A stretch of DNA of 23,947 nt from Myxococcota bacterium (GTDB lineage: Bacteria > Myxococcota > XYA12-FULL-58-9 > JALHOP01): the NCBI GenBank assembly GCA_041288095.1, contig JBGGMJ010000051.1:1-23947 (forward strand). The letters run 5' to 3'. Below the pieces are notes generated by a model, which was given only the letters and a program-made list of their open reading frames with translations, was not told the origin of the DNA and did not search any database. Position 1 is the stretch's first letter. Each line of letters begins with the position of its first letter. Positions 7,529-17,615 of the stretch are shown here, piece by piece. The position numbers were made by a program, and so were the translations under genes.

Positions 7529-9946
7529 TCAGCTCCGGAACATCACCACAGTAACCCCGTCGCCACCCTCATGCCGTTCGCCAGGGCGCGCGGTTTCGAC
7601 ATACGGCGAGAGCTTGAGCGTATCGCGGATAGCTTCCTTGAGGGCGCCCGTGCCGTGGCCGTGGACCACGACGCCGGTCGCGGCGCCATTCAGGTACAGC
7701 GCGTCGAGGAACGCCTCGACGTTGCGAATCGCGTCGTCGGCGCGTTGACCGCGGATATCCAGACGTGTCGACGGCTCATCCGCGCTAACCGCCCCGCCGC
7801 GCGCCGACCGCGCCTTCTCGTCACGTGTGCGGCCGCGCAGACCCTCAGCGGACTTCGCGGCCGTACCGCCGGCTTTCACGGGAACGAGGTCCTCGAGCTT
7901 GGCGCGGGTACGCAAGGGCCCGACCAACACCGTCGCCACCTTGCCCTCGATGGCGATGACCTCGCCGTCCTTCCCGAGGCTCGCAACGCGCACCTTGCCG
8001 CCGACCTTGACGGCGCCGGCAACAGCGCGGTCGCCGGCGCGAACCTCGGCGACGCTCTGCTCCCGGGCCGTTTGCGCGGCGAGCTCCTGCGCCTTCTCGC
8101 CGAGCTCGCGCTGTGCCTTCTGCGCCTCCCGCATGTCGGGCGCGGCTTGCAGCTGGGCTATGAGCTTCGCCACTTGCTCGCGGGCGGCATCGATCTCGCC
8201 GGCGAGCTCGGCGCGAGCCTCGGCCTTGGCGTGATCGCGGGCCTTCGCCGCTTGGGCTTCGAGAGTCGCGGCGTCGGCACGCACCCGCTCGGCATCGACA
8301 AGGGCCTGGCGCGCCTTGGCTCTGTCCGCTTCGGCGGACTGCGCCAAATCGTCCAGCTTGGCCAACGCCTGGCTGAGCTGCGAGCCTTCGTGCAAGCGCT
8401 TCCTTGCAACCTCGAGGATCGCGGGCGGCAAGCCAACCTGCGCCGCCACCTCGAGCGCGTTCGACATGCCGGCCGTACCGAGCTGCAACGCATAGGTCGG
8501 GCGCATGGTCGCGGGGTCGAGTCCGACCCGCGCGTTGACGAAGCGATCGTCCGTGACCGCCAGCGCCTTCACTTCCTCGAGGTGCGTGGTGACGAAGGCA
8601 CGCGCTTCCTTGTCGGCGAGGTGGTCGAGCACGGCCGTGGCAATGGCGGCGCCTTCGCGTGGGTCGGTGTCGGCGGCAATCTCGTCGACCAGCACCCAGT
8701 AACCGGCACGCGCCACCTCGATCACGTCCTTCAAGCGCGTCATGTGCGCCGAGAAGCTCGACAAGCCTTGCGCCATGCTCTGAGCGTCGCCGACCACCGA
8801 CAGCACCCCGCGCACGAGCGGCAGGGCCGAGGCGTCGCTCGCGGGGATCGGTAGTCCCGCGCGCAACATCAGCGCGCACAGCCCCGCGGCCGTGATGGTG
8901 ACGGTCTTGCCGCCGGCGTTCGGGCCGGAGACGACCAGCGTCGTTTGCCGATCTCCGAGCACGACGCGGTTCGCGACCACGTCTTTGCCTTGCAGCAAGA
9001 GCAGTGGATGACGCAACCGCTCGAGCACCACCTCGCTCCGCGATGGCGGAACAATGCGTGGTACCGCAGCGTCGAGGTCGTTCGCCAGACGCGCCGCGGC
9101 CTGCACGAAGTCCAGGGATGCGAACGCTTGGGTGGCCGTGCGGATCGCTTCGACTTGCCCGGCGACGTCCTCCGAAAGCTCGTGCAGGACGCGCCTCTCT
9201 TCCTCGGCGGCGAGGGACTCGGCGATCGATAGCTCGTTGCCGAGGCCGATGATCTGGTCGGGCTCGACGAAGATGGTCTGACCGCTCTGCGAGGCGTTGT
9301 GGACGATGCCCGGCACACGCGAGCGGAACGAGGCATTGATGGGCAGCACGTAACGGTCGTTGCGGGTGCTGAAATAGTTGTCGCGCAGGTTCTCGGCGAA
9401 CATCGGGTCGCGCAGGAGCTCGTCGATGCGCGCCTGGATCTGCTGGTGCAGGGCCCGCGCACGCTGGCGGTACATCGCCAAGGCATCGCTCGCCGTGTCG
9501 CGCACCGTACCCGAAGGCTCGAGGGCATCGTCGATGCGCGAGCCTATGGGGCCTAGGTTCGGGACGTTTTGCGCTTCACGCCCGAGGAGCGGCGCCTCCA
9601 TGGCTTGCTGGCGACCGAAGGCACGGACGCGGAGCGCGGCATGAGCGACGCGTGCGACCGCGAGCAGCTCGGTGGCGGCGAGCGGCGCCCCTTTGGAGAC
9701 GCGGTCCACGGCCGGCCGCACATCGTCGACGCCAGCGACCGGGATTTCGAGCTGTTTGCGAAGAATCGTCCGCGCTTCCTCGACACGGGCGAGCGAGGTC
9801 TCGACCTCGCTCTCGGTGCCCAAAAAGCCCAGGGCGCCCGCGGGCTCCCGACCGAGACTGCTTCCACAACGCGCCACCAGGGCTTCGCGAATACGCGGCC
9901 AGCCGAGCTCTTTCAGGGTGGTGTCGTTGACTTGGAAGGAGGTCAT
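7529..9946 (-). CDS. mutS2: Endonuclease MutS2 (ATPase, coiled coil, KOW-like and Smr domains)
   Basis: [17 protein letters not shown], Walker [35 protein letters not shown], and Smr motifs LDIRGQR / [10 protein letters not shown] / EGGDGVT. TTG 9952 is an alternative start. Confidence 0.95.
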   Translation of the reverse strand: MTSFQVNDTTLKELGWPRIREALVARCGSSLGREPAGALGFLGTESEVETSLARVEEARTILRKQLEIPVAGVDDVRPAVDRVSKGAPLAATELLAVARVAHAALRVRAFGRQQAMEAPLLGREAQNVPNLGPIGSRIDDALEPSGTVRDTASDALAMYRQRARALHQQIQARIDELLRDPMFAENLRDNYFSTRNDRYVLPINASFRSRVPGIVHNASQSGQTIFVEPDQIIGLGNELSIAESLAAEEERRVLHELSEDVAGQVEAIRTATQAFASLDFVQAAARLANDLDAAVPRIVPPSRSEVVLERLRHPLLLLQGKDVVANRVVLGDRQTTLVVSGPNAGGKTVTITAAGLCALMLRAGLPIPASDASALPLVRGVLSVVGDAQSMAQGLSSFSAHMTRLKDVIEVARAGYWVLVDEIAADTDPREGAAIATAVLDHLADKEARAFVTTHLEEVKALAVTDDRFVNARVGLDPATMRPTYALQLGTAGMSNALEVAAQVGLPPAILEVARKRLHEGSQLSQALAKLDDLAQSAEADRAKARQALVDAERVRADAATLEAQAAKARDHAKAEARAELAGEIDAAREQVAKLIAQLQAAPDMREAQKAQRELGEKAQELAAQTAREQSVAEVRAGDRAVAGAVKVGGKVRVASLGKDGEVIAIEGKVATVLVGPLRTRAKLEDLVPVKAGGTAAKSAEGLRGRTRDEKARSARGGAVSADEPSTRLDIRGQRADDAIRNVEAFLDALYLNGAATGVVVHGHGTGALKEAIRDTLKLSPYVETARPGERHEGGDGVTVVMFRS

Positions 9947-9997
9947 GGCCAATACGTCTACGTCCTACAACGTGGTCACGTCCGAAAGGAAACGACA

Positions 9998-10618
9998 ATG
10001 GCCTACCCGTTCAAGCTTCCGGAGCTCGGTTACTCCTACGATGCCGTCGAGCCGCACATCGACAGCAAGACGATGGAGATTCATCACACCAAGCACCACA
10101 ACACTTACATCACCAACTTGAACAAAGCGCTCGAGAGCAAGCCCGACCTCCAGAAGATGGAGATCGAGGAGCTCGTCGCGAAGTGCAACAGCCTGCCCGA
10201 CGACGTCAAGACCGTTGTCCGCAATAACGGTGGCGGCCACCACAATCACTCGCTCTTCTGGCAGTGGCTCAAGCCGAACGGCGCCAAGACGCCGACCGGT
10301 AAGCTCGCCGACGCCATCACCAAGAAGTTCGGCGACCTCGAGAAGTTCAAGACCCAGTTCAACGAAGCCGCGACCAAGCGCTTCGGCTCAGGCTGGGCCT
10401 GGCTCGTCGTCGACGGCAAGGGTGAGCTCGAAGTGACCTCGACCGCCAACCAAGACTCACCGCTCATGGACGGCAAGACCCCGGTGCTCGGTCTCGACGT
10501 CTGGGAGCACGCCTACTACCTGAAGTACCGGAACAAGCGCCCGGACTACATCACCGCATTCTGGGGCGCGGTGAACTGGGATACCGCTGCGAAGCTATAC
10601 GACGAAGCGAAGAAGTAA
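9998..10618 (+). CDS. sodA: Superoxide dismutase, Mn-type signature
   Basis: AAAGGA RBS before ATG 9998; [27 protein letters not shown]. The GGGH plus QD pattern is the Mn-type signature. Confidence 0.93.
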   Translation: MAYPFKLPELGYSYDAVEPHIDSKTMEIHHTKHHNTYITNLNKALESKPDLQKMEIEELVAKCNSLPDDVKTVVRNNGGGHHNHSLFWQWLKPNGAKTPTGKLADAITKKFGDLEKFKTQFNEAATKRFGSGWAWLVVDGKGELEVTSTANQDSPLMDGKTPVLGLDVWEHAYYLKYRNKRPDYITAFWGAVNWDTAAKLYDEAKK

Positions 10619-10640
10619 CTCGGCAAGCGAAAGCCGATGA

Positions 10641-10716
<76 letters not shown>

Positions 10717-10734
10717 TCACCCGTCGGCTCTCGG

Positions 10735-11190
10735 CTACCCGGAGATCGCCTCGAGCACCTTCTCCACATGCCCCGGCACCTTCACCGGCGACCACACCTG
10801 CACGACCTTGCCCTTCTCGTCGATGAGCACGGTGGTGCGGATCGTCCCCATCACCTTCTTCCCGTACATGTTCTTCTCACCGTAGGCGTTGTACGCTTTA
10901 GCGACCGCGTTGTCGGCGTCGCTCAAGAGCTCGAACGGGAGCTTCTGGGCGACGCGAAACTTGGCGTGCGATTCGAGCGAGTCCTTCGAGACGCCCACCA
11001 CGGCCACGCCCAGCTTTTTCAAGCGCGCCATGTTGTCGCGGAAATCGCAGGCTTCCTGCGTGCAACCCGGGGTCGCGTCCTTGGGATAGAAGTACAGCAC
11101 CAGTTTCTTGCCGGCGTAGTCCTTGAGCGACTTCTCACCGCCTTCGGTCGACGGGAGCTTGAATGTGGGGGCTTTGTCACCTGCTTCCAC
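10735..11190 (-). CDS. bcp: Peroxiredoxin BCP/PrxQ
   Basis: LYFYPKDATPGCTQEACDFRD (peroxidatic Cys plus helix-2 resolving Cys); GAGGAG RBS before GTG. Confidence 0.95.
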   Translation of the reverse strand: MEAGDKAPTFKLPSTEGGEKSLKDYAGKKLVLYFYPKDATPGCTQEACDFRDNMARLKKLGVAVVGVSKDSLESHAKFRVAQKLPFELLSDADNAVAKAYNAYGEKNMYGKKVMGTIRTTVLIDEKGKVVQVWSPVKVPGHVEKVLEAISG

Positions 11191-11881
11191 TGTCTTCTCC
11201 TCGCGGCGGCTTGGCCTCCGCGTCTTCGGCCGCCTTCGGCGGCGCCGACTTGATGTACGCCTTGGGAACCTCGAAGTCCTCGTCGGCGAGCTTCTTGGGT
11301 TCGACCTTCACGGTCGTGACCGTGATGATGTGCCCGGCCTCGTTGCTCACGGCTTTCATCGGATAGCCGCCGAACCCACGCCGCACCAGTGCGTCGCCGA
11401 ATCGCTGGTCATTACCGATCTCGGGCGCGATGAGCGTGAAAGCGCCCGCGACAGCCACGTCCGGGGTCAACCAGACATCGATAACCGCGCCTGAGGGCAT
11501 TTCGCGCAACTGCACGTGCTCGGTCATCACACCCGACACCCGCTCGCGTCCGATGCGCTTGACGTCGATGGGCTTCGGTGACTCGGGCGGCCCCTCCGGC
11601 AGCGATGCCCCGACCGCTTCAGCGGTCAGCTCGACCCATTGCTTTTCCGCGTGCAAGAGCTGGACGACGCGGGCGGGCTGGTCGTGCCATCGCAACATGC
11701 TCACCTGCACCTCGACACCACCGCCGACGGTGTCGACGCGCGAATCGCCGTTCTTGCGCACGAGCACGTGACTCTTCACGGTCCCCACCTGCTCGATGGT
11801 CGCTTCGACGTGGAGCACGCCCTCGAACGGCGGCGGCGCCTTGGCTGGCGCCGCCACGAACAGTGACAGGAGGATGAGCAT
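11177..11881 (-). CDS. Exported protein, DUF4412-like
   Basis: ATG overlaps the corA stop (TGATG). Short hydrophobic N-terminus; GRERVSGVMTEH...DVW...GYPMK...DEDFEVPKAY pattern typical of DUF4412-type proteins. Confidence 0.6.
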   Translation of the reverse strand: MLILLSLFVAAPAKAPPPFEGVLHVEATIEQVGTVKSHVLVRKNGDSRVDTVGGGVEVQVSMLRWHDQPARVVQLLHAEKQWVELTAEAVGASLPEGPPESPKPIDVKRIGRERVSGVMTEHVQLREMPSGAVIDVWLTPDVAVAGAFTLIAPEIGNDQRFGDALVRRGFGGYPMKAVSNEAGHIITVTTVKVEPKKLADEDFEVPKAYIKSAPPKAAEDAEAKPPRGEDSGSR

Positions 11882-12909
11882 CACAGCCAGTCGCGGCGCT
11901 TGAAGTACCAATACGGGGTGACCGCGGATACCAGCATCATCACCACCGCGAGGGGATAGCCCATGGGCCACGCCAGCTCCGGCATGAACTGGAAATTCAT
12001 GCCGTAGATACTGGCGATGAGCGTCGGCGGCAGGAAGACGACGGCAACGACCGAGAACAGCTTGATGATGTTGTTCTGCTCGATGTTGATGAGGCCCAAG
12101 TTCGCGTCGAGCAGGAAGCCGACCTTGGCGGACAAAGCGGCGGCGTGCTCACCGAGCGCCCGCAAGTCGCGCGACACGCTCTTTTCGCGCTCACGCACCG
12201 CTGGAGCGGACCACGACGGCTTCACGTTCAGCCAGTACGCGAGGAGGCGGGTGATGCTGACGATGCTGTCCTGCGCTTTGTGGATGAGCTCGTTCTGACG
12301 ACCCAAGCGCCGCAAGACCACCTGCAGCGTGTTTTCGTTCTCGGCGTTCAAGTTCTTGCGCACGAGGTGCTTCGTCGGCCGGGGCGCGGCGTCGCCGCCA
12401 ATCGAGCGCGAGCTGAAGATGTGGCGCGAGACGTCTTCTGCCTGGCGCCCCACGGCCTCGAGAACGTCGGCCATGCGCTCGACCAAGGTCTCGAGCAGGT
12501 TGATGAGGACCAGCTCGCCCGACGAGCAGAACGTCGGATGCTTGAGCAGACGGCTCTCGTAAATGCTGAAGGCGCGCGCGCTGCCATAGCGGATGGTCAC
12601 GAGGAGCGCCTTGGTGAGGATGAACGTGCAGGGGATCTGCTCCGGCTCCTCGGTGTCGGCGCGCGTCAGCAACGTCGCCGTCATGAAGATGCCGTCGCTC
12701 TCCTCGTAGAAGCGGCTCGAGAACTCGATGCCTTCCATCTCTTCGCGGGTCGGCGCGTTTAAGCCCAGCGCCGCCTCGACGAGCTCTTCCTCGGTCTGGG
12801 TCGGTTCGAGCAGATCGATCCACACCGCACCCTTCGGCATGGTGCCGTCATCGTTCCAAGGGAGCTTCTTGACGGTTATGCCGTTCTCGAGCACGTAGAC
12901 CGACAGCAT
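11881..12909 (-). CDS. corA: CorA-family Mg2+/Co2+ transporter
   Basis: WIDLLEPT, PPTLIASIYGMNF signature, MPEL loop and two C-terminal TM helices. Confidence 0.95.
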   Translation of the reverse strand: MLSVYVLENGITVKKLPWNDDGTMPKGAVWIDLLEPTQTEEELVEAALGLNAPTREEMEGIEFSSRFYEESDGIFMTATLLTRADTEEPEQIPCTFILTKALLVTIRYGSARAFSIYESRLLKHPTFCSSGELVLINLLETLVERMADVLEAVGRQAEDVSRHIFSSRSIGGDAAPRPTKHLVRKNLNAENENTLQVVLRRLGRQNELIHKAQDSIVSITRLLAYWLNVKPSWSAPAVREREKSVSRDLRALGEHAAALSAKVGFLLDANLGLINIEQNNIIKLFSVVAVVFLPPTLIASIYGMNFQFMPELAWPMGYPLAVVMMLVSAVTPYWYFKRRDWL

Positions 12910-12963
12910 ACGGGCCTTGGTAGCAATGTAGCGCCATGGGCCGCAATCCGGAGTTTAAGTCCT

Positions 12964-15300
12964 TTGAAGGTATCGAGATCAGAGCTGTTGGCCAGCGAGC
13001 TCAAGGTCGCCCCCCGTCAGGTCGACGCGGTGCTCACCCTCTTCAAAGACGGCGCCACCGTGCCGTTCATCGCCCGTTACCGCAAAGAGGCGACCGGGAA
13101 CCTCGATGAGGTGCAGATCCGGGCTATCCAGGAGCGCAGCGAGTACCTGACGCAGCTCGACGACCGCCGCACCGCGATCGTCGGCTCGGTGCGCGAGCAA
13201 GGAAAGCTCACCCCCGAGCTCGAAGCCAAGCTCATGGCCGCCGACACCAAGGCGGCCCTCGAAGACCTCTACGCGCCCTTCAAGCCCAAGCGACGCACCC
13301 GAGGCACCATGGCCCAAGAAAAGGGCCTCATGCCGCTTGCCGAGCGCATCCTCGCGCAGACCGAGATCGGCCACCCGGCAGCCGAGGCAGCCGCCTACGT
13401 CAGCGCGGAACGGGGTGTGAAGAGCCCCGAGGAAGCCCTCCAGGGCGCCCGCGACATCGCCGCCGAAGTGGTCGCCGACAACTCCGAGATTCGCACCCTC
13501 GTGCGCACCGCCATGGTCGAGCATGGCCTCGTGGTCAGCGAGCCGGTCCCCGAAAAGACCAAGGGTCCCACCAAGTTCGAGCAGTACTACGCCTTCCGCG
13601 AAGCCTTCAAAACCATCCCCTCGCATCGCTTCCTGGCCATCCGCCGCGGTGAGCGCGAAGGTGTGCTCAAGCTGCGCGTCGAGCTCGATAGCGCTCCACT
13701 GGTCGCGCGCATGCACGCCATCATGGGCGTCTCGACTCCGTCCCCCTTCGCCAAGGATCTCGCGCTCGCCATCCAGGACGCCTACGACCGCCTCATCGTC
13801 CCGAGCGTCGAGACCGACGTGCGCGTCGACGTGAAGATGCGCGCCGACCGCGAAGCCGTGGAGGTCTTCTCCACCAACCTGAAGAGCCTGTTGCTCTCGG
13901 CACCGCTCGGCGCCCGCAGCGTCATCGGCATCGATCCGGGCGTTCGTACCGGCTGCAAGTGCGCCGCGGTCGACATGACGGGTAAGTTCCTCGATACCGT
14001 CACCATCTACCCGACGCAGAAGGCCGAGGCCGCCGCGACGGAGCTGGCGGCCTTCGTGGCCAAGCACCAGCCCTACGCCATCGCCGTCGGCAACGGCACG
14101 CACGGGCGCGAGACCGAGACCTTCACGCGCAAGACGCTCCTCGCCGCCAAGATCGAAGGTGTCATCGTGGTCAGCGTCAACGAGTCGGGCGCGAGCGTCT
14201 ACAGCGCCTCTGATGTGGCGCGTGACGAGTTCCCCAATCTCGATCTCACGATACGTGGCGCCATCTCGATCGCACGGCGCTTGCAGGATCCGCTCGCGGA
14301 GCTCGTGAAGATCGATCCGAAAGCCATCGGCGTCGGCCAGTACCAGCACGACGTTCACCAGCCGCTGCTCGCCCGCAAGCTCGACGAGGTCGTCGAGAGC
14401 TGCGTCAACCACGTCGGAGTCGAGCTCAACACCGCGAGCGCCCCGCTCCTCGCGCGTGTGGCTGGTATCGGCCCAGCTCTAGCGAAGAAGATCGTCGCGC
14501 ACCGCGAGGAGCGCGGCGCGTTCAAGACTCGCGCCGGCCTCCACGACGTCGCCGGCCTCGGGCCCCGCGCTTTCGAGCAAGCCGCGGGCTTCCTGCGCGT
14601 CCGCAATAGCGATCACCCACTCGACGACTCGGCGGTGCATCCCGAGCGTTATGAGCTGGTGGCGCGCATCGCAGGCGATCTGGGTGTCGACGTCAAAGTG
14701 CTCGTCGGCAATCGCGAGCTCGCCAAGAACATCGACGTCGAGAAATACGTCGACGACAGCGTCGGCGCCCTGACGTTGAAGGACATCGTCACCGAGCTGA
14801 CCAAGCCGGGCCGCGATCCCCGCGAAACCTTCACGCCGCCCAAGTTCCGCGACGACGTGTTCAGCGTCGAGGATCTGAAGCCCGGCATGACCTTCGAGGG
14901 CGTGGTCACCAACGTCACCGCCTTCGGAGCCTTCGTCGACATCGGTGTCCACCAGGACGGCTTGGTGCACGTGTCGCAGCTCTCGAACGGCTTCGTGAAG
15001 AACCCCGCCGAGGTCGTCAAAGCGGGAGACAAGCTGCAGGTGCGCGTCCTCGAGATCGATCTGCAACGCAAACGCATCTCGCTGTCCGCCAAGAGCGAGC
15101 AGGTCCGCGCCGAGCGACCACCGCGCGAAGAACGCCGGCCGGATTCACGCGGTCAGCAGCGGCAGCAAGGGCGCGGCCGCGATGAAGGCAGGCGCGGTGG
15201 TGGCGGCGGCGGCCGGCAAAGCGACCGCCGCGAGCAACCCAAGCAGCCCGAGAAGCCGAAGTTCTCGAACAACCCGTTCGCGAGCCTGAAGCTGCGCTAG
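12964..15300 (+). CDS. tex: Tex-family RNA-binding transcriptional accessory protein
   Basis: GATVPFIARYRKEATG, GIDPGVRTGCK, RRLQDPLAELVK, GVGQYQHD, HhH motifs, C-terminal S1 domain (FGAFVDIGVHQDGLVH). TTG start uncertain. Confidence 0.95.
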   Translation: MKVSRSELLASELKVAPRQVDAVLTLFKDGATVPFIARYRKEATGNLDEVQIRAIQERSEYLTQLDDRRTAIVGSVREQGKLTPELEAKLMAADTKAALEDLYAPFKPKRRTRGTMAQEKGLMPLAERILAQTEIGHPAAEAAAYVSAERGVKSPEEALQGARDIAAEVVADNSEIRTLVRTAMVEHGLVVSEPVPEKTKGPTKFEQYYAFREAFKTIPSHRFLAIRRGEREGVLKLRVELDSAPLVARMHAIMGVSTPSPFAKDLALAIQDAYDRLIVPSVETDVRVDVKMRADREAVEVFSTNLKSLLLSAPLGARSVIGIDPGVRTGCKCAAVDMTGKFLDTVTIYPTQKAEAAATELAAFVAKHQPYAIAVGNGTHGRETETFTRKTLLAAKIEGVIVVSVNESGASVYSASDVARDEFPNLDLTIRGAISIARRLQDPLAELVKIDPKAIGVGQYQHDVHQPLLARKLDEVVESCVNHVGVELNTASAPLLARVAGIGPALAKKIVAHREERGAFKTRAGLHDVAGLGPRAFEQAAGFLRVRNSDHPLDDSAVHPERYELVARIAGDLGVDVKVLVGNRELAKNIDVEKYVDDSVGALTLKDIVTELTKPGRDPRETFTPPKFRDDVFSVEDLKPGMTFEGVVTNVTAFGAFVDIGVHQDGLVHVSQLSNGFVKNPAEVVKAGDKLQVRVLEIDLQRKRISLSAKSEQVRAERPPREERRPDSRGQQRQQGRGRDEGRRGGGGGGRQSDRREQPKQPEKPKFSNNPFASLKLR

Positions 15301-16055
15301 CTGCTCTGCTGGTTGCTGTCGTCCGTCGCCGACAAGGCGCGGCCGCTGCGTTCGGGCGCTAGCAAGCCGGCGTCGAGCGCGTAGCGCACCAGGTCAGCGC
15401 GGTTCTTCAGGCCAACCTTCTCGGCGACGCGGGCTCGATAGGTCTCGACGGTCTTCACCGAGAGGCCCAAGCTGTCCGCGATCTGCTGGTTGGTGTAGCC
15501 GTGCGCGACGCTGGTCAGCACCTCGCGCTCGCGCTGCGACAAGCGTACGTCACGCCAAGCACCGTCGCGGTCGCCCGCTTTGGGATTGACGATCTCCTCG
15601 AGGCTGCCGGTGCTGGCAAGAGACACGTCGATGTACGACCGCCCCTGGCTCACGGTACGGATCGCCGAGAGCAGCTCGGCATCCGCGGCGCGCTTCACCA
15701 CGAAGCCGGCGCCGCCGGCGGCGAGCACCGAGCGCACGTAGGCGTATTCGTCGTGCATGGTGAGCACCAGCACCCGCGTCCGTGGATAGCGCTCGCGGAT
15801 CACTTCGAGAGCACGGATACCGCCCATCCCGGGCATCGACAGATCGAGCAGGACGATGTCGGGGTCGAGCTCGCCGACCCGGCGAATGGCGTCTTCGCCA
15901 TCGACCGCCTCGCCTACGACCTCCATGTCGCTCTGTGTGTTGATCAACATGCGCAGGCCGCTGCGCAAGATTGCGTGGTCATCAGCCACGAGGATGCGAA
16001 TGCGGGGTGTTACATCTTCGCCGGTCCGCCCGTTGGTAACGTCTACGCCGTTCAT
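15297..16055 (-). CDS. NarL/LuxR-family response regulator
   Basis: ILVADDH, VLLDLSMP (phospho-Asp), LTMH, FVVK; LuxR HTH LSQREREVL...GYTNQQIA...SVKTVETYR. ATGA overlap with the upstream gene. Confidence 0.94.
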   Translation of the reverse strand: MNGVDVTNGRTGEDVTPRIRILVADDHAILRSGLRMLINTQSDMEVVGEAVDGEDAIRRVGELDPDIVLLDLSMPGMGGIRALEVIRERYPRTRVLVLTMHDEYAYVRSVLAAGGAGFVVKRAADAELLSAIRTVSQGRSYIDVSLASTGSLEEIVNPKAGDRDGAWRDVRLSQREREVLTSVAHGYTNQQIADSLGLSVKTVETYRARVAEKVGLKNRADLVRYALDAGLLAPERSGRALSATDDSNQQSS

Positions 16056-17512
16056 TTGAGCCTCGCGTCCGCTTCTCGCGTTAGTCCGAGTTTCTTCATC
16101 TTGCTTTGTAGGGTCGATGGCTTGAGGCCCAGCAGGGCTGCCGCGCCTCGCGCACCGTAGATTCGGCCGTTCGTCAACTTCAACACTTGGGCAATGTGCT
16201 GCCGTTGCACGTCGGCCAGGGTAGGTACATTCGTTTCATCCGCGGAAGCGGACGAGCGCACGTCGAGGATGTCGGCGTCGATCACCGGCTCCTTGGCGAC
16301 GATGGCGGCGCGCTCGAGCACGGTGGCGAGCTCGCGGACATTGCCCGGCCAGCCATAGCGCGCGAGCTTCTTCAAACCGTCGTCGCTGACGCTGAGCGCC
16401 TGGCGACCGGTGCGACGCTCGATGTCGGCCAACAACGCCGCGCACAGATGAGGCAGATCGCGGCTGCGCTCGCGCAACGCTGGGACATTCAAGGTGAAGG
16501 CGACCAGCCGCTCGAAGAGCTCGGCGTCGAAGTGGCCGACACCGACCTCGGCTTCGAGCTCGAAAGCGGCAAGCGAGCTGGCGGCGACCAAACGAACGTC
16601 GGGAGCGGCGTCGAGGGCGCGCAAGAGCCGGCGTTGCAAGACCAAAGGCAGCACGTGGATGCTCGAGAGGTACAAGGTACCGCCGCGAGCGAGATCGACG
16701 CGGCCACGCGAGCCACCACTGCCGAAGAGCTCGCCTTCGCAGTCCTCTTCGCTGCTGCAATCGACGGCGACGAACGGCTCGTTTGCCCGTTTGCTCCAGC
16801 CGTGCACGGCACGCGCGAGGCGTCCCTTGCCGGTGCCGTCCTCGCCGCAGATGAGCACCGGCGTGTCCGCCATCGCGACCTGGCGGGCGCGCGTCACCAA
16901 GCGGCGCATGGGTGAGTCGTTGCTGTCGTCGTGATCGAGGAGCGCGGTGCCGACCAGCTCGCGCTCGAGCAGACGCACGTGCTCGCGGTCACGCTCGTGC
17001 AAACGCGCGAGGCTCACACCGCGCTGTGCGTTGACGATGGCGAGCGCCAAGACCTGTCCGTAGACCTCGACGAGATTGACGATGCTCGGCGCATACGCTT
17101 CGCAGCGCTCGCGGTCGAGCGTCATGACGCCATAGTTGATGTTGCCGGCGCAGAGCGGCACGACCATGCAGGAGTGGCCGGGCGCGAGATCGAGCACGCC
17201 GTCGAACGGATCGCCGTCGCCATGGGCGTGGTCGTCTTCGGAGAAGCCACGAGCGCGGCGCGTTTCGAGCGCCTCGCGGATCGTCGGAAACGCGGCAAGG
17301 TCGAGCCGATGACCGCGCACGGCTTCGCTGGCGAGCTTGCCTCGGGCACAGCGCACGACGAGGTGATTGCCCTCGAGCACGAGCACCGCCGCGAGGTCGT
17401 AAGGCGCGACGCGCTCGATCCAATCCAAGCCACGGCGCAGGAGATCGTCGAGATCACTCTCACCGCGCTCCAACGTGGTCTGCAGCTCAGGCATGGCGTG
17501 CGCAATCGACAT
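16052..17512 (-). CDS. NorR/FhlA-like GAF-AAA+-Fis HTH regulator with degenerate sigma54-activation domain; start may be 17494 or 17518
   Basis: GAF with DPFDG...HSC...TLD; Walker A GEDGTGK; WPGNVREL; FhlA-type HTH GAAALLGLKPSTLQSKMKKLG. GAFTGA absent and Walker B reads LYLSSI. Confidence 0.85.
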   Translation of the reverse strand: MSIAHAMPELQTTLERGESDLDDLLRRGLDWIERVAPYDLAAVLVLEGNHLVVRCARGKLASEAVRGHRLDLAAFPTIREALETRRARGFSEDDHAHGDGDPFDGVLDLAPGHSCMVVPLCAGNINYGVMTLDRERCEAYAPSIVNLVEVYGQVLALAIVNAQRGVSLARLHERDREHVRLLERELVGTALLDHDDSNDSPMRRLVTRARQVAMADTPVLICGEDGTGKGRLARAVHGWSKRANEPFVAVDCSSEEDCEGELFGSGGSRGRVDLARGGTLYLSSIHVLPLVLQRRLLRALDAAPDVRLVAASSLAAFELEAEVGVGHFDAELFERLVAFTLNVPALRERSRDLPHLCAALLADIERRTGRQALSVSDDGLKKLARYGWPGNVRELATVLERAAIVAKEPVIDADILDVRSSASADETNVPTLADVQRQHIAQVLKLTNGRIYGARGAAALLGLKPSTLQSKMKKLGLTREADARLK

Positions 17513-17554
17513 CGACACCCAATTAAAGCCGATCCGGAGAAAAAATCAAGGTGC

Positions 17555-17594
17555 ACACCGAAATACAGGTAGATGAGCACCGGTATATCGGTGT
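17555..17594. promoter_or_regulatory. Candidate operator: 16-bp inverted repeat with 8-bp spacer
   Basis: ACACCGAAATACAGGT (17555-17570) matches the reverse complement of ACCGGTATATCGGTGT (17579-17594) at 14/16; the right arm contains the palindrome CACCG-N6-CGGTG. Confidence 0.65.
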
Positions 17595-17615
17595 CGTTTT
17601 TCCGACTTTCTTCTC

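Noticed and set aside
7460-8854. 464-aa ORF antisense to mutS2
   Set aside because: Shadow ORF expected from high-GC codon bias; no recognisable motifs.
9569-9997. Apparent N-terminal extension of SOD in the ORF track
   Set aside because: Overlaps mutS2 on the other strand; RBS and family start point to ATG 9998.
12979-14412. 477-aa ORF antisense to tex
   Set aside because: Mirror frame of a well-supported gene; no motifs.
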